A stretch of DNA of 64,000 bases from Candidatus Thalassarchaeum sp. (GTDB taxonomy: Archaea; Thermoplasmatota; Poseidoniia; Poseidoniales; Thalassarchaeaceae). Position numbers and translations under genes: made by a program. The DNA lies in assembly GCA_045559735.1 (NCBI GenBank), contig JBJLJN010000009.1, forward strand, positions 10,574 through 74,573. Direction: 5' to 3'. The notes under the pieces were generated by a model. That model did no database searches and was not told where the DNA came from. It saw only the letters and a program-made list of their open reading frames with translations. Position 1 is the first letter of the stretch; each line of letters starts with the position of its first letter. Shown piece after piece: positions 9,088-18,800 of the stretch.

Positions 9088-10318
9088 TCAATTCCCTCCT
9101 CATCTCATCGAACTGCTCTTCGAGATGCCACGGCATCTCTTGATATACCTCAGTGAAAATATTGTCCGAGCTGGGATATGGTCCAGTAGCTAGGTCACCG
9201 TGCGAAACCGCCTCCTTGTACGCGCTCATGACTTCCTCATCAAGCCTCTTCTCTAATTCTGTGTGCTTCTCCTCGCTCCACTCGCCAATTTCAATCAGGT
9301 GGTCGCGCAATCTCTCGATTGGATCGCCACCTGGCCATTTCGTGTGTTCGTCGCCAGACCTGTATCTGCTTGGGTCATCACTGCTGCTGTGAGCCCCGGC
9401 GCGATAAGTCAGGACTTCGATATGTGTCGCACCGACCCCGGATGCTGCACGCTCCCTGGCCCATTTTGTCACTGAGTAGAGGGCGAGGAAGTCATTGCCA
9501 TCGACACGCAGCGATGCAAGTCCGTAGGGAAGCCCCCTGGAAGCGAAACCACCACTCCCAGTCGCGAAGTTCGCGTGAGTCGAGATGGCCCACTGATTGT
9601 TGACTAAGTTGAGGATTACTGGAGCCTTGTACACGCTCGCGAAGTTGAGGGCATAGTGGTAGTCTCCCTCTGCACTTGCACCATCTCCAATCCATGTTAT
9701 TGTCACTTCATCTAAGCCTCTGTATTGTGAGGCCATGGCGACTCCCACAGCTTGGCTGAACTGAGTTCCGACAGGGCTGGAGACAGAGATGAATCTGCCA
9801 TCTCGGTAGGAGTAATGAACAGGCATCTGCCTTCCCTTGATGTTGTCCTCGACATTGCCGATGCAGTGACAGATCATGCTGACCATATCTCGGCCCCTGA
9901 CGAACTGGGCACCGGGCTGCCTGTAGGTCGGGAATATCCAGTCTTGAGTTTCAAGAGCCATGGTCTGGGCGATGGCTACACACTCTTCGCCGAACGATCG
10001 CATGTAGAAGGAGAGCTTACCAGTCCTCTGCATCTTCATCATACGGTCGTCGAAAATCCTGACTCTTGTCATGTGTTCAAGGCCCTGCCTGAGCTCATCT
10101 GCATCCAGTTCAGGATCCCATGCTCCCGACGCCTTGTTGTCTTCACCTAGAACTCTGATGAGACCCTCGGTGTGTGGAGTAGTATCTTCCGAACTGCATT
10201 TCACCGGGTCAGGCCTGTCAAGATCTTCGGGCTTCCAAGGCCAAGTGTCGAAGCTGGCATCATCTCCCGGGCGATGAGGTGCGTCAGGGATGTTCAGGCT
10301 GGGCTTCTTCTTCGGCAT
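9080..10318 (-). CDS. 2-oxoacid dehydrogenase E1 alpha subunit (TPP-binding)
   Basis: The TPP motif is IGDGASAEGDYHYALNFASVYKAPVILNLVNNQWAIST, and the phospho-loop-like YRAGAHSSSDDPSRYR is present. Confidence 0.9.
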   Translation of the reverse strand: MPKKKPSLNIPDAPHRPGDDASFDTWPWKPEDLDRPDPVKCSSEDTTPHTEGLIRVLGEDNKASGAWDPELDADELRQGLEHMTRVRIFDDRMMKMQRTGKLSFYMRSFGEECVAIAQTMALETQDWIFPTYRQPGAQFVRGRDMVSMICHCIGNVEDNIKGRQMPVHYSYRDGRFISVSSPVGTQFSQAVGVAMASQYRGLDEVTITWIGDGASAEGDYHYALNFASVYKAPVILNLVNNQWAISTHANFATGSGGFASRGLPYGLASLRVDGNDFLALYSVTKWARERAASGVGATHIEVLTYRAGAHSSSDDPSRYRSGDEHTKWPGGDPIERLRDHLIEIGEWSEEKHTELEKRLDEEVMSAYKEAVSHGDLATGPYPSSDNIFTEVYQEMPWHLEEQFDEMRRELND

Positions 10319-10327
10319 AAAATCACC

Positions 10328-11383
10328 TCAATTCTCTACTTGACCACCCAGTAGTACCGGAACTCCTCCTCGCGCCTCTTCCCAGAGCAAACCGGCTCTG
10401 TAACTAGAACGGACCAGAGGCCCACTCGCTACGGCCTTGAATCCAATTTCTCGCGCCTCCCCATCCCAACTAGTGAACTGCCCAGGCTCAGGAAATCTGT
10501 CGATTGGTAGGTGACGATCACTCGGCTGCAGGTATTGACCTAGAGTCAACATGTCCACGCCTGCGTTGAACAGCAGCCTCATTGCTTCACTCACCTCTTC
10601 ATCAGTCTCTCCGAGACCGACCATAATGCTTGACTTGATCAGAATGTCAGGCCTGAGTCTACGAGCCTCCCTCAGTACGTCGAGTGACTGCTTGAATGAG
10701 GCTCTGGGGTCGCGAACGATTGAGTCTAGCCGCGGAACACACTCAACGTTGTGGGCGAACACCCTTAGCGGCAGTTCTTCAAGCAGTTCCCCAAGAGCCT
10801 CCAGATTCCCGTCTAGGTCTGAGCAGAGTAGCTCAAGTCCAACGCCCGGGCATAGCTCGCTGACAGCTAGGATACAATCCCTGTAATGGCCCGCCCCCCC
10901 GTCCTCAAGATCATCTCTGTTGACGACTGTGATTACAGCGTGGTCTAGCCCCATCCTCGCAACGGCCTCGGCCAGTTCTGAGGGCTCGGATGCATCTATT
11001 GGAGGAGGTGTCTTCTCAGTTCCCACGGCACAGAACCTACAGCCTCTTGTGCAGACCTCGCCGGCCACCATGAATGTGGCCGTACCTCGGCCCCAACAGT
11101 CGTGCACGTTGGGGCATCGAGCTTCCTCGCAAACCGTGTGTAGACCGTGTTCGTGAACGCTTGAACGAGTCTCATTGTATCTGAACTGAGCATCACCGGT
11201 GGGTAGTGAGGTCTTGAACCAAGGAGGGAGGCGCTTACGTAATGCTCTGCGGCGCTCCGCAGCACTCTGTCTCGAGACTCCACCACAACCTCCCGCTAGA
11301 GATGAATCCGCATCGATGGTAGGTAGGCGAGGGGCCATCGAACCGTCGGATGGAGTACCGACATTAACCATTCTGCTGCGCAT
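10328..11383 (-). CDS. lipA: Lipoyl synthase
   Basis: The auxiliary-cluster motif CEEARCPNVHDCW and the radical-SAM motif CTRGCRFCAV are present. The start is ATG 11381-11383, with an N-terminal extension of about 55 aa. Confidence 0.9.
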   Translation of the reverse strand: MRSRMVNVGTPSDGSMAPRLPTIDADSSLAGGCGGVSRQSAAERRRALRKRLPPWFKTSLPTGDAQFRYNETRSSVHEHGLHTVCEEARCPNVHDCWGRGTATFMVAGEVCTRGCRFCAVGTEKTPPPIDASEPSELAEAVARMGLDHAVITVVNRDDLEDGGAGHYRDCILAVSELCPGVGLELLCSDLDGNLEALGELLEELPLRVFAHNVECVPRLDSIVRDPRASFKQSLDVLREARRLRPDILIKSSIMVGLGETDEEVSEAMRLLFNAGVDMLTLGQYLQPSDRHLPIDRFPEPGQFTSWDGEAREIGFKAVASGPLVRSSYRAGLLWEEARGGVPVLLGGQVEN

Positions 11384-11440
11384 GACCTCCTGGCATGTGC
11401 CGATACAACTGGTAATATCAGATGCTGCCTCCGGCCAAGC

Positions 11441-12196
11441 ATGCAGAGGGGCACCGTATTAGTCACCGGTGGGGCCAAGCGCATTGGCAGGGCGATTTGC
11501 ATGGGCCTGTCCGAACAGGGATATTCAATCGCTGTCCACTATAGGAGTTCGAAGGAAGAAGCCGAAATGGTCGTTACAGCCATCGAGGCGTCTGGTGGAA
11601 CTGCCTTCGCCGTGCATGCAGATCTATCAGACGCTGAATCAGCCTCGACTCTTGTCTCCAGAACGAGTGAGAATGGACCCCTGTGCGGTATTGTCAACAA
11701 TGCCTCGCTGTTCATCCACGATGACATACACAGCATTGACTCCGAGGGATGGGATGCTCACATGGATGTCAACGCCAGATCTCCGATGCTGCTTATCAGA
11801 TCGTTGAATGAGAGTCTTGAGGAAGGACAGATCGCTTGTGTGGTGAACGTACTGGACCAGAAGATCGCAGAACCTAATCCCGATCATCTCTCTTACACTG
11901 CCTCGAGATATGCTATGCTGGGACTCACCGATGCTCTGGCCAGAGGACTCGCCCCCAACATCAGGGTCAACGCAGTGGCTCCAGGCCACACTCTGCCAAG
12001 CGACAATCAGACCGAAGCTGGATTCGATAGGGCCCAGTCAGAATCACCTTTGGGTTTCGGGCCTAGGCCTGAGGACATCGCTGACGCGGTCTGCTACCTG
12101 ATGGGCGCCAGTGCAGTGACAGGACAGATACTATTCGTCGATTCTGGGGAGCGGTTCCTGTCACGCGCCAGAGACGTTCTTTTCGAGACGGAGTGA
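11441..12196 (+). CDS. Short-chain dehydrogenase/reductase, FolM/pteridine-reductase-like
   Basis: VTGGAKRIGRAI fits the TGX3RXG signature of FolM/PTR1-type SDRs, and NNAS is present. The active-site stretch reads SYTASRYAM (Y-x3-R where classical SDRs have Y-x3-K). Confidence 0.7.
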   Translation: MQRGTVLVTGGAKRIGRAICMGLSEQGYSIAVHYRSSKEEAEMVVTAIEASGGTAFAVHADLSDAESASTLVSRTSENGPLCGIVNNASLFIHDDIHSIDSEGWDAHMDVNARSPMLLIRSLNESLEEGQIACVVNVLDQKIAEPNPDHLSYTASRYAMLGLTDALARGLAPNIRVNAVAPGHTLPSDNQTEAGFDRAQSESPLGFGPRPEDIADAVCYLMGASAVTGQILFVDSGERFLSRARDVLFETE

Positions 12197-12200
12197 TTGA

Positions 12201-12602
12201 ATGACTACGAGTCACAGCGATGCTATCGAGACTCTTCTTTCAAGCGTAGGCTCGGCATCTTCCCTATTTCTCCAGGGCGCAATCAGAAAAGTCGAGGTAG
12301 GAATCCACCCTCATGAGCACGGCTCCCCCCAGAGGATTATGTTCGACATCCATGTGGTAGTCAATGAGTCGGTACAGTCGAGTGACTCGATTGATCATGT
12401 TCTAGACTATGAATATCTGACATCTTCTCTCGACAGGGTGATCGCGATGGAACGCCCCTCTTTGCTTGAGACGTTGATCACAAGAATCCTCGATGAGGTG
12501 ATGGCGCCAACCGAGGTGATTGCAGCTTCGGTCAGCGCCAGCAAGCTGGATGTCACCGATGACGACTCTAGACTGGGCTGCACTATGACAAGGGTCAGAT
12601 GA
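12201..12602 (+). CDS. Dihydroneopterin aldolase/epimerase-family (FolB/FolX-like tunnelling-fold) protein
   Basis: The protein is 133 aa. The pattern ...VEVGIHPHEHGSPQRIMFDIHVVV...IDHVLDYEYL...LLETLITRILDEV...SVSASKLD follows the FolB consensus (E..Q..v.D, Y..l, LlE, K). It starts 5 nt after the SDR gene. Confidence 0.6.
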   Translation: MTTSHSDAIETLLSSVGSASSLFLQGAIRKVEVGIHPHEHGSPQRIMFDIHVVVNESVQSSDSIDHVLDYEYLTSSLDRVIAMERPSLLETLITRILDEVMAPTEVIAASVSASKLDVTDDDSRLGCTMTRVR

Positions 12603-12687
12603 TGGTGCAGGGGGCAGGATTCGAACCTGCGAAGCACTTAGCACCGGAGCTTAAGTCCGGCCCCTTTGACCACTCGGGTACCCCTGC
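12603..12687 (-). tRNA. tRNA-Leu (anticodon UAA), CCA encoded
   Basis: The minus-strand read is GCAGGGG-TA-CCCGAGTGGTCAAAGGGG-CCGGA-CTTAAGC-TCCGG-long variable arm-GCAGG-TTCGAAT-CCTGC-CCCCTGC-A-CCA. The acceptor stem has 7 bp and the T-arm 5 bp, with a TTCGAAT loop. Confidence 0.9.
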
Positions 12688-12751
12688 AACCGGTCAGCGG
12701 GGCCTTCTTCACTTGAACCGAGCGCAAGATACCGTGTGGAATTGACTCGTC

Positions 12752-12770
12752 TCGTACCCTTGGGGTACGA
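12752..12770. other. Perfect 8-bp hairpin / inverted repeat (TCGTACCC-TTG-GGGTACGA) between tRNA-Leu and the first giant gene
   Basis: Read directly from the sequence. It lies immediately upstream of the TTTAA box at 12775-12779. Confidence 0.5.
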
Positions 12771-12774
12771 ACGC

Positions 12775-12780
12775 TTTAAC
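12775..12780 (+). promoter_or_regulatory. TATA-like box (TTTAAC) about 27 nt upstream of GTG 12804 (leaderless-type promoter)
   Basis: This is the only A/T-rich element in the 116-nt spacer. Its spacing matches the archaeal TATA-to-TSS distance. Confidence 0.45.
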
Positions 12781-12803
12781 GCCACTCCGACGGCCGAATC
12801 ATC

Positions 12804-15737
12804 GTGCATACGAGCAGTACGTCGAATAGTCTCCCGGGCCAAGCCCGCTTGGCTTTCTTCGTAACCTTGGTGCTATTGGCTCCCATCTACTCTCCCATGG
12901 GTGAGCCCTCTGAACTGAAGACTTCTGAGCAGCTGATGGTCCAAGACGAGGTCGAACTCAAGATGTATACGCTCTATCTCGCCTCTCAGAACACTTCAGC
13001 AGGAGGGGATGGCTACATCACCACTGAGGTGCCAGACTCTGGAGGCCAAGACTCGGCCAGCGCCCTTGACAGTGAACTTGAGTTCAGATCCAGCGATATG
13101 CTATCTTCTTTATTGGTCCACGGGAGATCCCAGCACGGCAGCTCAGGATCCTACTATGTCCCACTCGATCTGTTCCTCAGGGCCACTGGACCCAACGGAG
13201 CGACGGTAGACTGGACCATCACTCTGAAGGCCGGCGGCTCGCAGGTCGGCACTGGCTCTTGGAGTACCGATGCGTGCACGCAAGGGATCACCAACAGCTG
13301 CAGTTTCGATCACGAGGAGTTGGATGTTGACTTAGGTCAGGACCAGTCGTTCACCGTGTTGAAGGACGAGATGCTGGAGATTTCCATCTCTGCGGAGATG
13401 TCTGGGTGTGATGGCGGCTCATTCCCTGGCGGCTCGAGCTGCGAAGCAGAGGTTGCATGGAACGAGATTGACGGCGAACCTGACAGATTCTCGCAGATCG
13501 AGGTAGAGGCCAATGCGATATCGAACAGTCTGGTTCTCTTGCAGAGAGAGGGGGCGGAACTGGCCGAAGGGCCGGAGCTGGACTGGTACCCTAATGATAT
13601 ACTGTCAGACAGATCGATGCAATTCACTTTCGATGTCAAGAGCTCATTTGGCAGATACGACATCGAATCGACCCGACTCCTGATGCGCGACCCTAACGGA
13701 GTTTACCGAATAGACCACATCATCAACGAGGACGATGAGGATATCGAAGACACGAGTCAGGGTATTTTCGGTGAGTACATCTGGACATATCCGGGTGGCC
13801 TACCTGCCGGCGAATACTCTGTCGAGCTTGAGATCACCGACATTCAGGGCAACGACTTCCTGATTGAGCATGAGCCAATAGAGATGCATCAATGGGGCGT
13901 ATCAATCAACCATCGCCTCGACAAGTCAACCGAGTACATCGCTCCCGGTCAGACCACTGCCATACCGCTCCAGTTAGTGCATAAGGGAGATTCAACCAAG
14001 TCCATGGAGATCGAGCTGGAAGTACTGACTAACCTCGGCAACTCTTGGGTTCTTGAGTTCGACTCTCCCGGCGGCTATACTCTCAATGCGGGAGGAGACA
14101 TCCTCAACCCAATCCTCACTCTGACAGCTCCCGATGACCTGACCGGCACTCCTGAGAGCATTGAAATCAGGGCGATAGCCGAGGCAGAGGTGGAGAGTGT
14201 CCTGCAGGTCGTGCATCAGGACATCCTGCAACTGGACCTCGACAAGATAGACGTCTTCCAACCACCTGAGGTTTCAGTCTGGAATGAGGAACACGATTTA
14301 CAGATGGCCAACTCTACGAGGCCAGATGACTTCGACCAAACCGCTCCAAGGTATGTCGAGTACGGTGAGTTCACCCCGTTCCTGCTAGAGATCTTCAACA
14401 CAGGGTTCGACGCCGACACCTTCCGGGTCGATGTTCTACAGAGGGCTAAGTCGATTATCCAGATCTACGACAATGAGACCGGACAGAGGATACTTGAGGA
14501 CGAGGGCGACGGGACGTTCCACACAGCCATCCTCGAGCGCCATTCGACCCAAGTTCTACTGTTCAATGTGAAACCGTCTTCGGACCGCGATGACCCTGAC
14601 ATAGGTCAGATAGAGATTGAGGTAATCAGCGAAGGAAATTCGTCTCTCCGAACCACAGTTGCCTTCACCATCCAGAGAACCTTCGGCATCCATGCCGAGG
14701 TGTCCCAGGACTGCGATGGCACACCCCTAGGTCACATAAGGGCCGATCTGTGCTCTCCCGGATCGGGTAACGCCGTTGTGGATTTCCGAGTCAGAATAAC
14801 CAATAGCATGACCGGAGGAGAGTCTGCGACTTGGTGGAGAATCCAGAACCCTTCATCCCTACAGGAGAATCTCGACAATGATCCGGCATATGGGCAATGG
14901 CAATTCACCATAACCGATGACTCAGGAGATGCTGTGCCGCGCGTTTCTCTCGGCCCGGGCGACTTCACTGAAATCTTCGTATATGCTACTCTGACCAGTC
15001 AGGTCGTCGCCGGGAATCACACCATCTATCTCAGGATAATCGAGGATATCGAAGATGATGATGCGAGCTATTTCGACCTCCCAATCGTCTTTGAGATCGA
15101 GCCCGGTGACCCCGAGCTCCAGATTGTCCAAGTCTCTCCAAATTACGAATTGCTACCCGGCGAGTCCTATTCATTGCAGTTGAAGGTCAAGAACAACGGA
15201 AATGGCCCGCTCACGGTCCTGCTCGATGCTGAGGTGGAGGCGTCGGGCTGGACCGTCGATATAGACGGCCCATCCGGTTCTCCCCTCATAGAGCTAGGGG
15301 CCTTTGAAGAGTCCACCTTCAATCTGGAAGTCACCGTTCCGAAATCGGCAAACAATGGTGACAAGATTCCAGTTTTAGTCACTGCAACACCATTCGATAC
15401 TGAACAGAGCTGGCCCGACGAATACACGGCCGAGACCTCCGTTACGATGACGGTCGGATTATCCTCCCTGTTCGATATTCTTGTCAACGAGATCACTCAT
15501 CCGAGAGCCTCCACTCTGATTATTGCACTCGTCGGCATTCTGCTACTATTCGCCGGAATTCAGAGTCGAATTAATCGCCGCAGGTGGACTGCTCATCTGG
15601 CCTACCTTGAGTCCTTGGGCGCTGACGAGGAGGAAGATTCAGAGAGTGATGAAGAGGTCTCAATCCCTTCTCCAGTCACCGTTTCGGAGGACGAGGATTC
15701 TGATGATTACGACGACGATGAGATAGAACTGGTCTGA
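12804..15737 (+). CDS. 977-aa secreted, C-terminally anchored surface protein (CARDB/NEW3-like beta-sandwich repeats, acidic cytoplasmic tail)
   Basis: The start is GTG, followed by a signal-like N-terminus (ARLAFFVTLVLLAPIYS). There is a CARDB/NEW3-like segment LQLKVKNNGNGPLTVLLDAEVEASGWTV...FNLEVTVPKSANNGDKIPVLVTA. The C-terminal TM is LIIALVGILLLFAGI, followed by RINRRRW and an Asp/Glu-rich tail. Confidence 0.8.
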   Translation: MHTSSTSNSLPGQARLAFFVTLVLLAPIYSPMGEPSELKTSEQLMVQDEVELKMYTLYLASQNTSAGGDGYITTEVPDSGGQDSASALDSELEFRSSDMLSSLLVHGRSQHGSSGSYYVPLDLFLRATGPNGATVDWTITLKAGGSQVGTGSWSTDACTQGITNSCSFDHEELDVDLGQDQSFTVLKDEMLEISISAEMSGCDGGSFPGGSSCEAEVAWNEIDGEPDRFSQIEVEANAISNSLVLLQREGAELAEGPELDWYPNDILSDRSMQFTFDVKSSFGRYDIESTRLLMRDPNGVYRIDHIINEDDEDIEDTSQGIFGEYIWTYPGGLPAGEYSVELEITDIQGNDFLIEHEPIEMHQWGVSINHRLDKSTEYIAPGQTTAIPLQLVHKGDSTKSMEIELEVLTNLGNSWVLEFDSPGGYTLNAGGDILNPILTLTAPDDLTGTPESIEIRAIAEAEVESVLQVVHQDILQLDLDKIDVFQPPEVSVWNEEHDLQMANSTRPDDFDQTAPRYVEYGEFTPFLLEIFNTGFDADTFRVDVLQRAKSIIQIYDNETGQRILEDEGDGTFHTAILERHSTQVLLFNVKPSSDRDDPDIGQIEIEVISEGNSSLRTTVAFTIQRTFGIHAEVSQDCDGTPLGHIRADLCSPGSGNAVVDFRVRITNSMTGGESATWWRIQNPSSLQENLDNDPAYGQWQFTITDDSGDAVPRVSLGPGDFTEIFVYATLTSQVVAGNHTIYLRIIEDIEDDDASYFDLPIVFEIEPGDPELQIVQVSPNYELLPGESYSLQLKVKNNGNGPLTVLLDAEVEASGWTVDIDGPSGSPLIELGAFEESTFNLEVTVPKSANNGDKIPVLVTATPFDTEQSWPDEYTAETSVTMTVGLSSLFDILVNEITHPRASTLIIALVGILLLFAGIQSRINRRRWTAHLAYLESLGADEEEDSESDEEVSIPSPVTVSEDEDSDDYDDDEIELV

Positions 15738-15818
15738 ACCTTCTTCGATACCTGTCCGAACGGCGCTCCATTCGTCTTAAGACCCTATCTTTCTGCCGTA
15801 GGCAGTAAGGGTGACGAA

Positions 15819-18800
15819 GTGATAGCGGTTCAAGACGACTCTACATCATGTAGTCTATCCCGTAAGCGCAGGTCAGCAATCTTGTTCACAGCTATCTTGG
15901 TGCTGTCTTCACACGCTGCCTTCCAGTTCGGAGAATGGGAGGCAATGGCGAGTACTGATTCAGATGGCGATGGCTTGACTTACGGCCTCGAGTTCTACAT
16001 TAACACCCAGCCACAAGATTGGGATTCCGACAATGATGGCCTGCCTGACGGCTGGGAGTGGCAGTATGGCTTGGATCCGCTCTCATCTTCTGGGGACAAT
16101 GGCTCCACGGGAGATCCCGATGGAGACGCCTTCACTAATCTCAATGAATACCAGTACAGTATACCAAGCGGCTGGGACTTGAGCTCCACACCTACGGTAC
16201 TGGATAATGGTGTCTGGTGGAACGGTACTGTTCCGGTCAGACAGTGGGACGAGGAGAGTGCAATGCAGATTATTCAGGGGTCCGGTTCTGATGGGGTCGA
16301 CGAGGACCCGATGGGTAATATCTGCAATGACCAGATGGATAACGACAAGGATGGACTGGTCGACACCTTCGACAATGACTTCGATGGAGACGCTGATTGT
16401 AGCAGCGATGATGACGATGGTGATGGGCTAATCGACGAGGATCCAGATGGCTGGGACACTGATGGTGATGGCATGCCGGATGCCTGGGAGGTTGCCAACA
16501 ACCTTGACCCAACTTCAAACTCTAACATGGATGGTGCCAACGGCGACCCCGACGGGGATGGCCTCGGAAACCTGTGGGAGTATGTCAATCCGACTTGGGG
16601 TACACGGAACGGATCCACAAACCCTCCATCTCAATACTTCCGACCGGGCCCATTCAACATGACCGGTACTGAGTCCCCCTGCAATCCAGTACTCGGTCTC
16701 GGCCCAGGGGGCTGCCAGATTTTCACTGCCGAGGTCGATGGTATCACACAGACAGATCCAAACAACAACGACACCGACGGTGACGGACTGAATGACTCCT
16801 ACGAGGCATTTGTACTCCTCACCGACCCCACATCAGTCGATACAGATGGTGATGGGATAGAGGACGGTGTCGAGGTCAATGGTTTGTACGGAAACCCTCC
16901 GCAAGCAACAGATCCGAGAGACAACAATACTGACGGCGACCAGTTCGACGATGGCGAGGAGGATGTGAACGGGAATGGAGTAGTAGATTCTGGAGAGACA
17001 GATCCGACTAGAATTGAGGATTCAGGAGATTTCGACAATGATGGCATAGACAACTGGGAGGAGAATATGACATGCACATTATGGAACGTATCTGACACCG
17101 ATGGTGGCGGGGTCAATGATGGAGACGAGCTCGATTTCGGACACCTGACGGACCCCTGCCTCTCTACTGTGGAAATAGAACTCAGTATCATCAATTGGGA
17201 TGCAACGATTTCAGAGCTGACACTCAACTCAACTTTGCAACTGGATCAAACACCAGAGGATTGGAGGCAGAACGGAGCTCCGATGGCCTACTATCTCTCT
17301 TCCAATGGTAATTTGACAGGCTTCAGGTACGATGCTGTGGTCCTCGATACTCTCAGAAATGTCGATGTCGACAGACCTGCCGATGCCTTCAGCGTCATAT
17401 TCGTGAACTTCTCGTGGTGCTGGGACGCCAGCCAGAACGCGTCCAACGACCCCAAATGCGATGACGACTATGCCGATACAGATGGAGACGGACTAGCAGA
17501 TTGGGAGGAATTCCTGAATACATGGGGGTACATTTCTCATCCTAACTTCTACGATACGGATGATGATGGAGTTGACGATTTGACCGAGGTCTTGGATGGG
17601 ACCGACCCCAGCAACCCCTGTCACAATCTTCTGGATTCCGATGGAGACGGGTTGAATGACTACTTCGAGAACACCACTGGGTGTTCGTTGATTTTCGGCG
17701 TCGGCGGCAACGGTACTATCGACACATACTACACTCTCTGGAATGTTACTGATACGGACAATGGAGGAGTTGCCGACGGCCAAGAATATCTCGATGGCAC
17801 CAATCCTCAGAATAACTCAGCCGATGATCGCAACCCTGTAGATACTGATGGCGATGGTATTCCTGACACGATAGAGCAGCAAATAGGAACTGATTGGAGA
17901 GATCCAGACACCGATGGCGGAGGGATTCCAGATGGCCAGGAGTGTGCTTCAGAGTATTGGGACATTGGCTGCCTTAACTCAGATGGCGACCCATGGGACC
18001 CTTCTGATGATATCATGGACAATGAACTCTACTTCACGGTAACCAATCTATCTTCGAATCTAGACTATGACATCAGGAACTATTGGAGATGGCACACTTA
18101 TGACTTCTACACGGGAGTATCTTGGGGCGTCAATAACACACTTGTTGGGAATACTCAGATTGCCTTTGAATGGTCCACTACGCAGGGGGTATCCGACTCC
18201 AGTTTCTGGGGCGTAAACGGCTCAGAGTTGAACTTATGGCAAATTGATTACGAGAGTGGGGTACTGGGCCCCGGAGTGGAACTGATTGCCCCATACAACT
18301 CGGTCAACTACTCAAGCTGGCAGGACAGTAATGCCGGAATGAACTTCTCCAACTACACTCGTGACATCATCATTGATCAGTCCTACATAGATACCCTGTT
18401 TGTTACTTCTCCCAGCGTAATTCTGGGTCCCCAAATTACAGGAAACTCGACACCTTTCTCGGGTAGCTCTTACGCTTATGATATCCACCAACACCTTTCA
18501 GATCCTTCCAAATCCTCTGTTTATCAAATCACAATGGAAGTGATCAACGAATCAGGTGCCTTCACTGCTTGGGACAAGGTACTTGCCATTCAGGACTTCA
18601 TCATCAATGGGAATAGCACCACTAACTTCACTCTCAACCATGACGGTTCTGGCAGGAATGACAATCACATCCCCGGATCTCAGGAGAGGGACCTCGCCCA
18701 CTGGATTCTCAACACTACGAAGGAGGGGAGTTGCGACGAATTCACCTCAGTATTCTCAGCTATGCTAAGAGTAGCCGGACTACCTACCAGAAAGGTCACC

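Noticed and set aside
16270-16618. His/Cys/Arg-rich and Ser/Pro-rich minus-strand ORFs that look like metal-binding peptides
   Set aside because: They are the antisense reading of the GAT/GAC-rich TSP3 repeat array of the 2987-aa gene, so their unusual composition is a mirror-image artefact.
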